Shown piece by piece: positions 36,361-49,494 of a DNA stretch of 64,000 nt (within the stretch, counting starts at the first letter, position 1; every line of letters starts with the position of its first letter). A program made the translations under genes and the position numbers. The notes under the pieces are model-generated. The model worked only from the letters and a program-made list of their open reading frames with translations, did no database searches and was not told the origin of the DNA. Origin of the DNA: Botryllus schlosseri (taxonomy: Eukaryota); the NCBI GenBank assembly GCA_051294905.1, contig CM119371.1, forward strand, positions 33,978,001 through 34,042,000, in the 5' to 3' direction.

Positions 36361-36511
36361 GGTATTGAACACAGAGCGGACGTAGCTCGCTTGCAAATCT
36401 TGCTCGAAGTCGGTGGCATATATCTTGACAGTGACATAATAGTCTTGAAGTCACTGGATCCGTTGATGAACTACCAACTGGTACTCGGGTCGGAGAGACC
36501 TGATGCGCTGG
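36361..36511 (+). CDS. GT32 paralog B, DxD-motif exon
   Basis: ttccag|GIEHRADVARLQILLEVGGIYLDSDIIVLKSLDPLMNYQLVLGSERPDAL|gtaggt. Same length as 5852-6002. Confidence 0.9.
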
Positions 36512-37405
36512 GTAGGTATCTACATTAGCCGTGCATCACTAGGTCGATTTCTTTCGATTCCTATTATTCTACGCTTGCCCGTCGCAAAGCAAAGGCATAG
36601 GCGTAGTCTCAGTACGATTTCACGCTGACTCGAAGTTACATCACAATAAACACAAAAATCCCTAGCTTGCGGTGCATGCAAACGCGAGATTGCGTCTCTA
36701 CTACTTCCGCTCTGCGACATTGTGAGTGCAATTGGTCGGACTCTGTTTGGCAACGATCGCCAATCATTAATGCAAGCTGCTCCCAGTTCGGCAGCCCTTC
36801 AGCGGTATCGCAATTATTGTTGGTGTCACGGACTCCGTACCACACCACACAGCAGCATAGTCAATAATTGAAAGCCCGTGACAGGGTAATGAAATCGAAG
36901 AAGGGGGAATCCCTGTTACCGGCCGAATTCTTTATTGACAAAAACGAGTTATGGTCACTTGATTTATGGCTGCTTGTGTGGTATTTGGTTTTTGCATGAT
37001 ACCGCCAAGTTAATATCGAAATTTTTGCACAGTAGATAACAATAAGGAAGCAGAACAACAAGTTGAACTTGTTTAGAATCCTTTGAAAGGTGATTAATAA
37101 TAATTTTTATTAAAAGCGCATTCTTACTACTTTTCCTGTTTTATCGAAGTGACGGAATAGCGTGCGGTTTGGAATCAAATGACATTAATAAATAAATAAA
37201 TACCACGTACGGTGGGCCCTACTCAAATAATTTGCGACCAATCATAATAGTGAGTCGAGGATACCAGCGAAAGCAGATTCACGTTCAAATTCTAGAATTC
37301 TCGCCCTTAACTTTAATAAATTGACGGTCCACCAAAAATTGTTATAGGTCACGATTCCAATTACTACACCTTTTTAACGGACGCTCTCATTGCAAAAAAC
37401 AACAG

Positions 37406-37573
37406 ATGGAGCCTTCATTCTTGCTACGTTCCTTGGGGATTGTCGAAGCTGTTTCCCGACCTCATCCACATTGAGTGGGACACCTTCATTCGTCCTAACG
37501 CACAAGAGCTCGACCTACTTTATCACAAAGTCTGGGACTGGACCAATAACTATGTCATACACCTTTATTCGAG
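37406..37573 (+). CDS. GT32 paralog B exon (out of phase with the preceding visible exon)
   Basis: caacag|WSLHSCYVPWGLSKLFPDLIHIEWDTFIRPNAQELDLLYHKVWDWTNNYVIHLYSR|gtatgt. Paralog of 9518-9685. Confidence 0.85.
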
Positions 37574-37662
37574 GTATGTGTGATATGCGATCTCTTTTAG
37601 TTTCCCAAGAGGATTTATGTCATTGATAGACGTTAAAATCTCGGTAGGCCTATAGTGATCAT

Positions 37663-38997
37663 TAGAGCCCGACCGATTATCGGCTTGCCGATAATATCGA
37701 GTCGATATCAAGCTTGGAAAGAAATATCGGTATCGGCCATTGAAGGTAAAAAAATATCGGCCATTTTCGTGACGTCACAACACGGTGGCAGGGAGTCCGA
37801 GAAGTCGCTGGAAGACGTGACGACGGTAAATTATAAAAATAAATGGCCAAGCTGCATATAGTACATACTGCATACAGGGCAGTAGGCGTGCCTTGCCTAC
37901 CTGAGAAATATTATAGATAACTAACCACTGTTATGCCCCACTGACTTCGTGGGATTCAAATATTCAGATCACTCGCGGGCGGCACCAGTCAAATGATTCC
38001 AAAATATTACTAACTCTTCACTCAATATATGCACTTTTTCGCATTCTCAGAATTGGGTGTCAATGTCAGCGATTTTCTCCTGACGATGACTACAATCACA
38101 ACTCCGCTGTCGGGTGGTTATAATGTGGCCTATGAATATACTCAAAATTTGCCATCTTGAAGGAATATTTATTAGTAGTATTTCTTACTAGAAATTCGAG
38201 AAATGTGTTGGATAAAATCACGCAATTTTCAACATATAGCCTACTCAGAATTTCTTCGCGGGCCGAATGAAATCATTTGGCGGGTCGTATGTCTGACACC
38301 CCTGATGTAGCTATACTGTTACTGACATATTTTATTAGCAGTTCTACGTGTGTGTGAGTGATACAACGCATTTTTGCATGTATATTTACCTTTAAATTCG
38401 TTATTTGATTCAAGATTAATGACCAATTAATCTCTTTAACACAGCTAATAAAAGATAATGAATTTGAATGATCACTCATACTTCGAAAATTCAATTTGAC
38501 TTGAATTGTGACTTGACTCGTGACTTGACTTGACTTGACTCGAGTCACCTCCAAAAAACGAGTGACTTGACTTGACTCGAGTCACCTTTGAAAATCGATT
38601 GACTTGACTTGACTCGAGTCAAAATGTGCAATGACTCGAGATGACTCGTGACTCGAAGGTAGGGACTTGATCCCAACACTGCTATATACATCATTTATGG
38701 AGTACCACAGAAGTTCACTCCTTGGAGAAAGGGCCGAGAAATTGTGCTTCGTGAACTGTAATCTGCAATTCCTGGATTGGTGCTTTTGATATATTTTTAT
38801 AGCCCCTAGCTAGATCATTTATTTCATGTTCAAGCATATCAATGGCTGTAAAGTTGTTGAAATAAATGCTCTGAGGTGTTAAATATGGGCTTTGAGCTAG
38901 ATTCCATATCGGCTGAATATATCAGGGTTATCGGTGGTGGTACTGGATATCGGTCTTATCGGTATCGGCTCAGAAATCCATTATCGGTCGGGCTCTA
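37663..38997. mobile_element. hAT (Ac-type) non-autonomous element with TATCGG repeats and nested fragments
   Basis: TIR TAGAGCCCGACCGAT...ATCGGTCGGGCTCTA; perfect TSD GTGATCAT; internal GACTT/GACTCGAGTC array at 38495-38680. Confidence 0.9.
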
Positions 38998-39556
38998 GTG
39001 ATCATCGGCAAGCTCACAACGCGGGAATTTCCATGTGTCTCGAAACCAGAGGCGGTTGCACACTGAAAATACCTGGACAAAGACAAGCGTATTCACCAAT
39101 ACTTGACCATAGCGTATGGATACACCTATACTTTCTGGCACCAAATTATGCTTTCACACATTCCTATGGGTGAAAATAGCAAGGCAGCCCACCCCACCAC
39201 TATCTTCATGTAGCTATATCCCATGCAGGTAGTAGATACTTTTCTAACAACTTTTAGCGTAGCCACCCAACAACGATTTCCTACTAAAATTACAGAATGT
39301 ATGACATTATAGAGCTTTACTTCAGTAGCAATGCTTATACTTCTTTGACCGCCTCTGTTTCTACTCCTGAATTTACAATCTAAGGACATATAGAGTGACT
39401 ATGAAATCTGTAGAGGTCTAAAAGCTCAATCCCAGTCTGGGGATAGTAGAATTTAGCTTAAGTAGTGCTACTCTTAGTGAGCAAGGTGCCGGACAGATTT
39501 TGAGAGATCGGAACTATAACTTATGCTTCTAATTCTGGGTTCTATTTTATAATCAG

Positions 39557-39692
39557 GTATCTAAAGGCAATGGATGGGCGGGAAGAGCGCCGGCTTCGGG
39601 AGTTCGCCGTACTCAATACGACTTATGGCGAGATCGTCCGACTGGTGGTATGGGGTGACCCTAAACCTCGCGATGTCACGGAATGGCTTTGA
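39557..39692 (+). CDS. GT32 paralog B terminal coding exon
   Basis: aatcag|YLKAMDGREERRLREFAVLNTTYGEIVRLVVWGDPKPRDVTEWL*. Downstream about 330 bp also resembles 13642-13930. Confidence 0.85.
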
Positions 39693-40084
39693 CGGGTGCC
39701 TCGCGGGTGATCGATGTAGAGTTATTTTCAGAGGTTTTCAATGCAGTCATATAGTCTGTACTCTACTCAAGTAGTACCAGAAGCAACGTCGTGCATTTCT
39801 ACTTGCGTAAAAGTTGAGGTACTGTTTTTCGAGATATGTGGAAACTCCTTTAAGGGGAAGTACAAAATGAAGGCCTGAAGAGTACTGAAGTAGGAAGTTT
39901 AACGCGCAGATTTGGTCTACCACTCTAGAGCTTGCGTACTTTTAGCAGTTAATCGTAGGTGACTATTTTTTCGAAATTTTGGCGGTTTTAATCTTTGCAA
40001 CTAACTCAAAATGATTAATGGCATAACATTGGTGCAAAAATACCCCTTAACCCCTTTCTACATTACGAATTACATAGTGTGGAA

Positions 40085-42848
40085 CAGGGGTCACCAACCC
40101 AGGTAGCCCGCAAGGACCAGATTAATAGACCGCGAGCCTGTTCTAAAAATAGATAGAATTTCGTCATTTACCAATATTCGTCAGACCAATGATCCTTTGA
40201 AATATATAGATGGATTGATTTAGCTATTCTTGTTTAAATCACACTAACATGTAGCCCAGTGGTTCCCCACCTTTTTCGTCTTGTGCCCCCTTGGCCGAAA
40301 TTTGAGCCAGAATTCCCCCATCCCCCTAGGAGAAACCTGCCCGATGATTAAAAAAGGTAATTTTTACCGCGCAAACACCTGTTGACTGAAGAATAAGACG
40401 AGTGGTACTGAGTGTTTGTTTCGAACAGGGCTGCAACAACACTTTGTAGACCTACAAAAACAATGGTTTTGGTCCCAATCAAACATATTCTGGAAGGCTT
40501 GACTCAAAAGACCCCGACACCTTCATTTGTGTTTTCAGCTAACCATGCACCAATCGCTAGTATACTTGTTGTGAAAAATCAGTTTGCATAAATTTACTGG
40601 TCTCGTGATTTTTTTCTCATGTTTGCGTATGCATTTGGCCAATAATATTGGTACTTTCATATACAGAAGAATTCACCAGACTCGAGTCACCATTTTCTGA
40701 TCGACCTAACCCGAATCATTTTCTCGAAATATGGAAACGACTCGACTCGAGACAATCTGTGTATTGACTCGACTCGAACCGAGCCATATGACTTGAGACT
40801 ATAATACGGCCCCATTTCATTGTAATTTTAAAGAACAGTAAAGTGACTACTCTATTGGAATTTCGTCGATTGGTTCTGGTACTAGAACATTCGACAAGAA
40901 ACTGCTCGAAGTGAGGAAAATTAGTAGGCTATGTTATAAATTCAAATCATTCAATATCACCAAACAGAGTTATAAAAGGCGGGTTTAACAAGACTTCAAC
41001 TGAAAACTGAGCAGTCAACAGAATGACTTGGACTACGACTCGAGTCATAATACAATGACTCGGACTCGACCCTGACTTGGACCCGAACTTGACTCGAGTA
41101 AAAACTATGAAAGTGAGATTGACATGTGACTCAGAGCTTCGTGACTTGGTCACAGCCCTGATATATAACATACGCGTGATCAAATTTACTGCTGCAGCTC
41201 ATTGAAATTTGGGACAACCATTACGTTTCGGCAACATTGAACCAAGTTTAACATGTCTTTTTTCGATCGCATAGCTGTTCACTAAAAATAAAGCAAGGTT
41301 AGCGATCTCTTTGACTTGAATCGATGACGTTGGAATATTTTGTCACTATCTGAAAATGTTGACTTGAAAATATAAGATAAATACTTTCACCAGAGGCCTT
41401 GTTGTGATAGATTCGGCACATTTGCTCGCTTAGGATATATTTGATTGAGAGCCCGTCGCTGGCCCACAAAATTGTCTTGCGAGCTGCAGCACATCTGAAC
41501 TATAGTTTAAAAAAAGGCGGATTTGTATGTGAAAAAGAGATTTCAAATAGCATCTGAACAATACTTCCAGCAAAAAAAACATAAGGAGCATACGTTCGGA
41601 TATAACTGGTTGACTACATGACAGTTCGGACATGAACAATTTGGGAAGTCCGCGTCAATTCGAAAGTGTAATTCCTCCCAAAAAATTGCAAAATTCCCCC
41701 AAGGGGGCAATTCCTCCCCGGCTGGGCACCACAGATGTAGCCTAACTTACAAATGACAATATCATATATAAAAACTCAAAATGATGATATCAAATATCCT
41801 CAATTACAATTAGTAATATACCAACATGTAATAGAATCACAAGATATCGAAGTTGTAGGATACGGCGCACCACTTATACAGGCGACATAACAGAATGCCA
41901 TCCACGGTCTTCTTGAAATGGTGGCGGGTTCCGCTATGGTAGCTCGACGTCAAGGACAATGCCAAAGTAGTAAACAACTAACATACTTGCAATATATGTA
42001 TGCTAATTACGTATTGCATCGTTTGACACAATTTTTTTCTCTTACACACAACTCAGTACCATGTTTCTGACTTTTTATAGCCCCACAGAAGTTCGTTTTT
42101 TCACCCTATGGGGGGATAAGATCAACGTTTTTGGGGGGTTTTGGTGAGGTGCTGTTACGGTCCTGGTTGCTGCTGCCCCGTATAATGAAATCTGTCATGT
42201 CTGGATGCTGAACAGTTGGAGATTGAAATTGAAACACTGCAAATAACCTCCACCTCAAAGCCCAGCAGCAAACTTTTGATGCCTTGTTGACACGGAAAAG
42301 TACAGTGGTTCATGAGCAGAAGCTATGAAGGTTGCAAGCATGTTTGGTTCAACTTATAGTTGTGAATCCGCCTATTCGGACATGAGCGACATAAAAAATA
42401 AACACGCCTCATTATTGTACATCTAAAACATTTACTCAGGGTTGCAGTGTCAAGTTACATACCAGAGTACAGCGCACCAGTTGACAGCATGCAATGTCAG
42501 GCTTTCCACTGACTCATATTGAAACAGATAACATGATGCCCGGTCTAAAGTGTGACATGTTTTATTCTACAATTTGAGTTGACTGTCGTTGCATAATTTA
42601 TACAAACATGGTGCGAAGTAGCTCATGATTTCCTAAAATATCCTAATGGCTGGCTAGTTGATATGAGATGTTTTGATTTAAAAGACTCTCTTAGAAGTCT
42701 TATCACAATGTGATTCATGCCTAGTGCTATGAATATCAAAGCGGCAATTCAGTCTGGCACGGGTAAACGGTGAGCGTAAATTGTAGCCCGTCGCCTCAAT
42801 CAGTACCCAAGAAGTAGCTCGTGGTTGCGAAAGGGTTGGTGACCCCTA
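40085..42848 (+). mobile_element. Charlie/Buster hAT deletion derivative with transposase dimerisation-domain remnant and nested elements
   Basis: TIR CAGGGGTCACCAACCC...GGGTTGGTGACCCCT; TSD GTGTGGAA/GTGTAAAA; ASMFGSTYSCESAYSDMSDIKNK and HLLRVAVSSYIPEY...QCQAFH* at about 42330-42512. Confidence 0.85.
40257..41734. mobile_element. hAT MITE nested in the 40085-42848 element and itself containing a GACTCGAGTC element (about 40670-41160)
   Basis: Eroded TIR CAGTGGTTCCCCACC...GGCTGGGCACCACAG; perfect TSD ATGTAGCC. Confidence 0.8.
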
Positions 42849-43742
42849 GTGTAAAATGTATATAGTTTTGCCTAAAAACTCTTGAGTAGACGACGTGGAA
42901 AAAGTCCAAAGGCATGATAACTCCTGTTAGTTGTGCTAGTATATGCAAAACCTCTTTGGGTACTGTGAAAAAATAGTAATTCGTCTCTGACCAGTTATTT
43001 GTTACTTGATTCGATGACTAATCAAATATACTCTTGATTTTAACAGCTTGAAGACGCTGAACGGCTGTACGGTTTTATACGCTAAGCAGCAGACGAAAGC
43101 GGTATTCCAAGCGAGTGGGAGTGCGTCATTTTCACAAGAAGAATTTAGTAATGCCAAACGTTGGTCAAGGTTTTTCCGTTGTGATGTTTCATGCGAAATT
43201 TCAACGTAAATGACACTTGCATATCAACGCAATCAATCCTATTCAATCTTCAATCCGTCAATCACGTCTTTGAGTATACCATTTTAAAATTGCACATTGA
43301 TTTGTTGTATTCGTGTCTAAGCAATATATATCTTTGATTTTGCATTTGAAACGTTACTTTGTGTGACATGGTAATCAAAAATGCCAAAAGTTATTAAAAA
43401 AAATCCTGAATATACGAATTGCTACTGACAGGAACCCCGATGACCGTAAACTAGAAAATGTTCTTTAGTCGTCCGCTTCATCAGGTTCTGTACTCCTAAT
43501 TGTCTCTCAATGCTCATACATACCTATTTAAAATTAGATCTTGGGATTTACGATGTCGCGTATGCAAACTGATTAATGCCGTTGTAGGAATGTTACATAT
43601 AGGTAAACAGTGACTGCTAAATTTACTATTACGGTGAACTCCCACGCCAATCTGCGATCCTTCGGCGAACGCAAATTCGCTGATCCACATAAACAGGAAT
43701 CTACAGTATTACACACGTCACCATAATGCCGAGGCACTAAAG

Positions 43743-44860
43743 CAGTGGTTCTCAACGTGGGCGATATCACCTCCAAAGGTGGTGATTTTAAGAAACAAGT
43801 GGGCGAAAATCCTCAAGGGAGCGACTGGGCGTCGAAGAACGTCCAGTAGAACGTCCACTACCACGGTAAATGCACGTGAAGACGGCTTACTCTGCTGATA
43901 ACCCGACAAAGAGGTCAACTCAATGGAAACTAGACTCGGAAACCTGTTTTTGAGCGCCTTCCACAGTGATTCTCAAACTGAGAGCCGCAACAGATTCTCA
44001 GGTGCGCAGCGAATATTTTTGTAATTTATTTAAATCAAGGCACGCAGGCAAGCACAGGCGAAAAAGGCACTCTAACCGCTTCATATCTGACAAAACGCAC
44101 ATGGGGACAATACAATGGAACCAATCACGACATTGCCGATGAGTAGGTTAATTGTCACGTTATATAATTGGGCTGCTATGTGTCGACGATTCGTTTCAAG
44201 CTCCTTTTGAAAAGCATCTCCTCAACATAAAATTACCCCGTAAATCCGGGGTACAGTGCCTGGACTTCAACTTTCATTGCGATACCGAGATATCCTAGTT
44301 TTTATAACGCTGTTTCCACAATTCTTTTTGTCTCATTTGTATCCTGGCCTATATCATGATAGGCGCAAAAGCGATCCGAGTCGCATTGTCATTTGAATCT
44401 CCACGAATATGTGAACATGCTATGGTTTATTTGTTTTGAATGATGGTAGAAGCTGTGCTCGAGAGAGACTGCGCTTGATATTGCCGACGAAATACGGGTA
44501 TGTCGTCGTCAACAATCCAATGTAACTTCGTTTCAGTCGCATGTATGTTCGTATAAATGAGCATAGGGATCGCATTACCACGTGAATATTTTTTGAAAAG
44601 AACATTTTTTTATAAGTGTTCTGCGGGCGTTGAATAATTTTTCAAGTGTACCGCAAGCATAAAATGTCGGAACCACTGACCTACCACCTCGGAAAATGGC
44701 ATTTATAGTAAATTCACCATAATTTAGGTGAATAAATCTTCCGTTCATGTGTCCTCTTTTTTCGGATACGTAAATATGGGGGGGGGTGTGGAGGGGGGGG
44801 CGAAAATTTGCGAAAAGATAGATGAGGGGGTGATGAGTCGAAAAAGGTTGGGAACCACTG
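43743..44860. mobile_element. hAT MITE with nested MITE (43964-44678)
   Basis: TIR CAGTGGTTCTCAAC...GTTGGGAACCACTG, TSD CACTAAAG/CACTAAAT. Inner element CAGTGATTCTCAAAC...GGAACCACTG, TSD GCCTTCCA/ACCTACCA. Confidence 0.8.
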
Positions 44861-46246
44861 CACTAAATGAACTGCGCATCAGCAGCAGTGTTATGGGAAC
44901 CAAATAGATTGCAAGTACATTGTATATTAAGGCTATAATGAGTATTTACTGTACATCAGTGTGACTTTTTACTTTATGAGTCAGTTGTGAGTCTTGATCT
45001 CCGTCGTACGCTAGAAGCTTTGTCGTCGGACCCCTGGGGTTCGTTTGAGAACCGGTTAAGAACTGCTGGTCCAAAATGTTGTCAAGTAGCCTAAGTATGA
45101 TCGAACCGGTGTCTATACTTACGTAATTGCACCTACACGAGCAGATGCGTTTTTCTCTAAAATGCAAAATGACTAGGGTTACCATCTGTCCTACTTGGTG
45201 GATTTCTCCTCCGAAATCGAAAATATCCTCCGAGGACGCCTAAATGACCTCCTTTCCATATTTGACAGCTAGGCTAATGAACAGGATGAACTAAAAATCG
45301 ACATAGATGACGCGAAATACGCAACATGGACGTTCGAGCAGGTCATTCGGCAGTCGAGTCAGAGTGATGACCATATTTTAGTCAACACCGCGGAAGAGTC
45401 GGTAAAAAGTTGGTGATTCGGGGGTCGAGTCAATGTGATGACATTTTAGTCAACACAACAAGATTTCCAGTCAATATATCAAAATCATCTGCTTTCAATT
45501 TCGGTAAACTAACTCTTATGATTTGATAAAAGTGTCAAACGTACTTGAGTACGTATACTGCAAGTAGGCAAAATCTACTCTGGTACTCCGTGAAAGTATA
45601 AATTCTTCGTTACTGACCACCTATGCATAGTGAGATTCCCGGGGCCCAGTTCAAACGGTGCATGTGTATGACAGGAAAAGTGTATAGCAGTCGTGGTCTG
45701 TAGTGGTGAATCCGAACCCCACCCGGGTCGGAACAAAGACTCCCTGGTAAAAATGGTGGGAACTCGATAACCTTGCGCTGCCATCGCATCTCTATCGTCA
45801 GAGCGCTCAAAACACTCTTCTTCTCTGTTAGCACGGAATTCCCCAGTGCTGAGATAGTTATCCGATTTTTGTGATTATACCAATCGTACGCTGGATAGAG
45901 CCACGCCACAGCCTTTGTCGTACGCCTTGGTGGATCTTGAAAATCTCTTTTGAAAATACGTAAGAAATGCAAGGCTTCAACGTGGAAAGTGCATCGCAAC
46001 AGCCTAATATGAAATGTTGAATTGGAAATGAGCTAAGAGATCTTCGAGATAGAATTTCAAAAGGACGGTGTGGTGAATTCCAATCCCAACCTTTCCCGCG
46101 TAGGTTACGTCACTGAACCCTACGTACCACCACAACAGTCAGCATTCGACTATACCGATCGCGTATAATTCCCTGCAGTCAATGACGGCCAAGATTGGCG
46201 TTCGGTTATGTTGACCTACGCAGAAACCTTGAGGCAGGCTTCAAAG

Positions 46247-46938
46247 CAGAGGTAGGCAAGCTTTTTAGCTCGCAGGCCGCATTCAACATCTAAATGCATT
46301 CGCGGGACTCACTATAAGTAAATAGAGATCATTATTCACCAAACCCAATATTTTTATTTAAATATATAGTGACCGAGGAAATATTGAGATAATATAAATG
46401 AATATTTAAAACTGCCTAAATATACGCGTCAGAAATTTTTACAAGATCTTATAAGCTTGACGTCCTCAATAAGCAATTTGTCGAAATTAGCGATGAAAGT
46501 GGCTTGTGCCGATTCTTGCAACAGGATCGAAAATTGAATCTGTGGGCACGGGGAACGTCCCTCCTGGCCGCACGAATCGGTTTTTCCAACCACAGCACTA
46601 ATTTTAATACACTTGCTGGAGGTTCCAATCCAAAATCACGCTCATGAACGGGATTAAGTGATTTCTCTTTGACTTTCTGCGATGTTTAGCAAGTAAAATC
46701 TTCAAAAAATGCGTTGGCCCAGAGGTTAACCTATTATGGTAGCAACGAAAATAAAAAATAAACTTCATAGTAACACAATACTTAGCATTGTCACGGTGAA
46801 ATAGATTAAGAAAAAAGTTTAGTCAAGTGTCCGCAGTAATTAATTTTAAGTAGGCATTTATTCAATATTTATCTTGAGGGTTTCGGGGGCTGCACAAAAC
46901 GGTGTTACGGGCCGTGGGCCGACGTTTGCCCACCCCTG
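46247..46938. mobile_element. hAT MITE related to 15204-15906
   Basis: Start cagaggtaggcaagc...gcaggccgcattcaacatct; end tttgcccacccctg; TSD CTTCAAAG/CTTTAGAG. Confidence 0.8.
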
Positions 46939-47651
46939 CTTTAGAGCGAGCCCCAGCTGAAAGCCCCCGAGTTGACAGAATAGCCTACATCAACCATATT
47001 ACCAATATGAGTAATTATAGTCCAACCAAACGCCTCGCTTTTCTGGGGCTACTTGAAAATCTCGGTTCGTAGTCGATATCTGGTCACTAAGTGCTTAAGA
47101 CCGAATGAAACTGTAGTGTCGACAAGTAGTCGGTAACTCACTGTGTGGTTAAATTTGGTGCGATACCGAAAAGCAATGAGGAGAAAGTCAAATTATCAGC
47201 CAAGGAAAATAATAGGTTCATGAGATTCTGCTGGAGCCAGAGAAGAATTTCAGCAAGTGGATCAGGAATAGCAAATGCAAAAGTATTTTCATCCCAATTG
47301 GAATCTTACCAAATGTATCACAGCGGGAAACAACAAGAAGAGTCCTATCCTATTCCAATTAAGGACCGAAAACTGCAAACTCAATTATAATTTCCACTAA
47401 TCGCAATGTCACCGAAATGGATCATGTGTGGATTGCCACGTGCCCGAGATGGTGGCACATTTCATACTTCAATCATGTAGGAAGTTTACGATTGACATCG
47501 GCGACACTCGCAGAAACGTACATAATATCAATGTCCTAATATAATGTCAATGTAAATTGTACTTTCTGTAGCTCCCATATCAGCCGGCAACACCAGTAAC
47601 AGAATTCGTGATGTTATCTGGCAGAGAATATATCATCAAGATAGTCTATGT

Positions 47652-48072
47652 CAGGGGTCGCCAACTCAAGCCGGATCGCGGGCCACTTTTCAATTTTGGC
47701 ATGGGCCGCGGGCCGCACTTTTTACAACTTTACAATACAAGCCTTGTAGTATACTAAATACAATTTAGTGTATGATTAGAAACGTGTCTGTGGGTGAGTT
47801 TTAAATGTATCATGTTTACCATTGTTTGAGTTACGATGGGGAATAATAATCATTTTTTGGTAATTAACCGTCACTTTTCTCTTGCCTAATACGAATACAT
47901 CCACCGACCACTGAGCAGCATGTATTGACAGTGTAATTGACTGCTTTCAATGTAGTACAGCAATTATTACGCCACGGATTATAGGTAAAACATTTGACTC
48001 GGCCCGCCAACGTATTTTCTGCTTCAAATTTGGCCCGCCGGAAAGCATAATTGCCCAGAATGGCCACCCCTA
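47652..48072. mobile_element. hAT MITE-like segment, possibly composite
   Basis: CAGGGGTCGCCAA...TGGCCACCCCT with GCGGGCC motifs; no TSD seen. Confidence 0.55.
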
Positions 48073-49494
48073 TGGTACAGCGGATTGGAATTCGAAGTGT
48101 GCAACAGCGCTTTTAATGATGCGCAAAATGAGCTGATCACCTAAAGACATGGCTTAGTGGTCCATTTTCAAAATAATGTCAGCACGGTGCTATAGATGCC
48201 ATCAAAATTACCCTTGTAATGATGCACTTGTTCAGCCTAATGTACTTGTACGTAAGTCACCATTTCCTACCCGAGGGTCAGAAACTCGACCTGCTAATTA
48301 GGAATGCGAGCTGATGTCGCTCTATACGCGTTAACCATTTCCCGTCAATAACGTGTTGGTAACCACTCACACAAGGAATGTAAGAGCGCTCGCGCCTGGT
48401 AACAACCAAGGAAGCCATGTTTTTTTTAAATCATACTCAAGCCCTCACGCCATGGCATGCAGTGATGATGAAGGACCGGAAATTACGAATGGAGATTTGT
48501 GAAATTCGGAATTGGATTCATTCAATGTCGTATCGTCCTAACGTTTATTCATAAATTTGAACATGATTCCAACCGAATTATGGTCAAATCAGAGAAACAA
48601 TATTACGTGAATGTGATGAGATGAATGAGTCGGATCTATAGGTCTGCTCCAACCAACTGCTGGTTTAGGTAAATGCGTGTCGAAAGAGGCGCCACAAACT
48701 ATGGAACGCAGTCTAAAAGATCATATTGCTTTTGTCGGTGTCTGAAATGCAGCAAGACAACGCCCCAGGCGATCTATCGGAAGCGCAGATTGATTTTCGT
48801 TTTGTGATGGACGGGAAAAGCTTTTTATTGTAGCTAGAAATAACCGGGTCGCAACAAAACGCTTTCGATATGCTGTGCTCAAAGACGTGCTTCGCGGATT
48901 AGCGTCGCCATGTGGTAAAAGCTGTATTACTTCAGGTTATATAGTTCGCAGTTTCCTAGTACCTGCTGCATAGTTCTACCGCAATAACATATGGAGATAG
49001 TGTAGATATGGTTGTCGTAGTGCAGGTCGGTCCATATTGACCTTGAGTTATGATTATATCATCGGTACGTTCAGGAGAATATACTGAGCTGGCTATGAAC
49101 TATTATATAACGTAAATCGTTGACTACCGTAAATGATTTTCCATTTCCATGGTTCTATTCTCCATTCTCACTTATATAGTATAACATTTTGATTCCAGGA
49201 ATGTATGGTAATTTCAAATACCATGTGCCATCATTGCCATCACTGGACTATAGCTATATTACTCCTGTAAACACAAGTTTCAATGACGGAAGAAACTGGT
49301 GTATGTTATACTCAGGCGTATAGAATGTGTTCTGTTTGTGGGCAGCGGAACAGAAATGTGAATGCATATTTTTGTCGCACGTACGAGGAGCAACTACTGA
49401 CTTTATCGGCTTGATCTATAATCGCTATGATCATTACTAGAAATACGCTCAAATCTCGCTTTGTGCGTCGGAAACAAACCGCTACTGCATAGGA

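Noticed and set aside
36585..36605. CAAAGGCATAG as a remnant of paralog B's missing exon (CAAACGGCATAA in A)
   Set aside because: Similarity stops after about 10 nt and there is no proper acceptor or downstream match.
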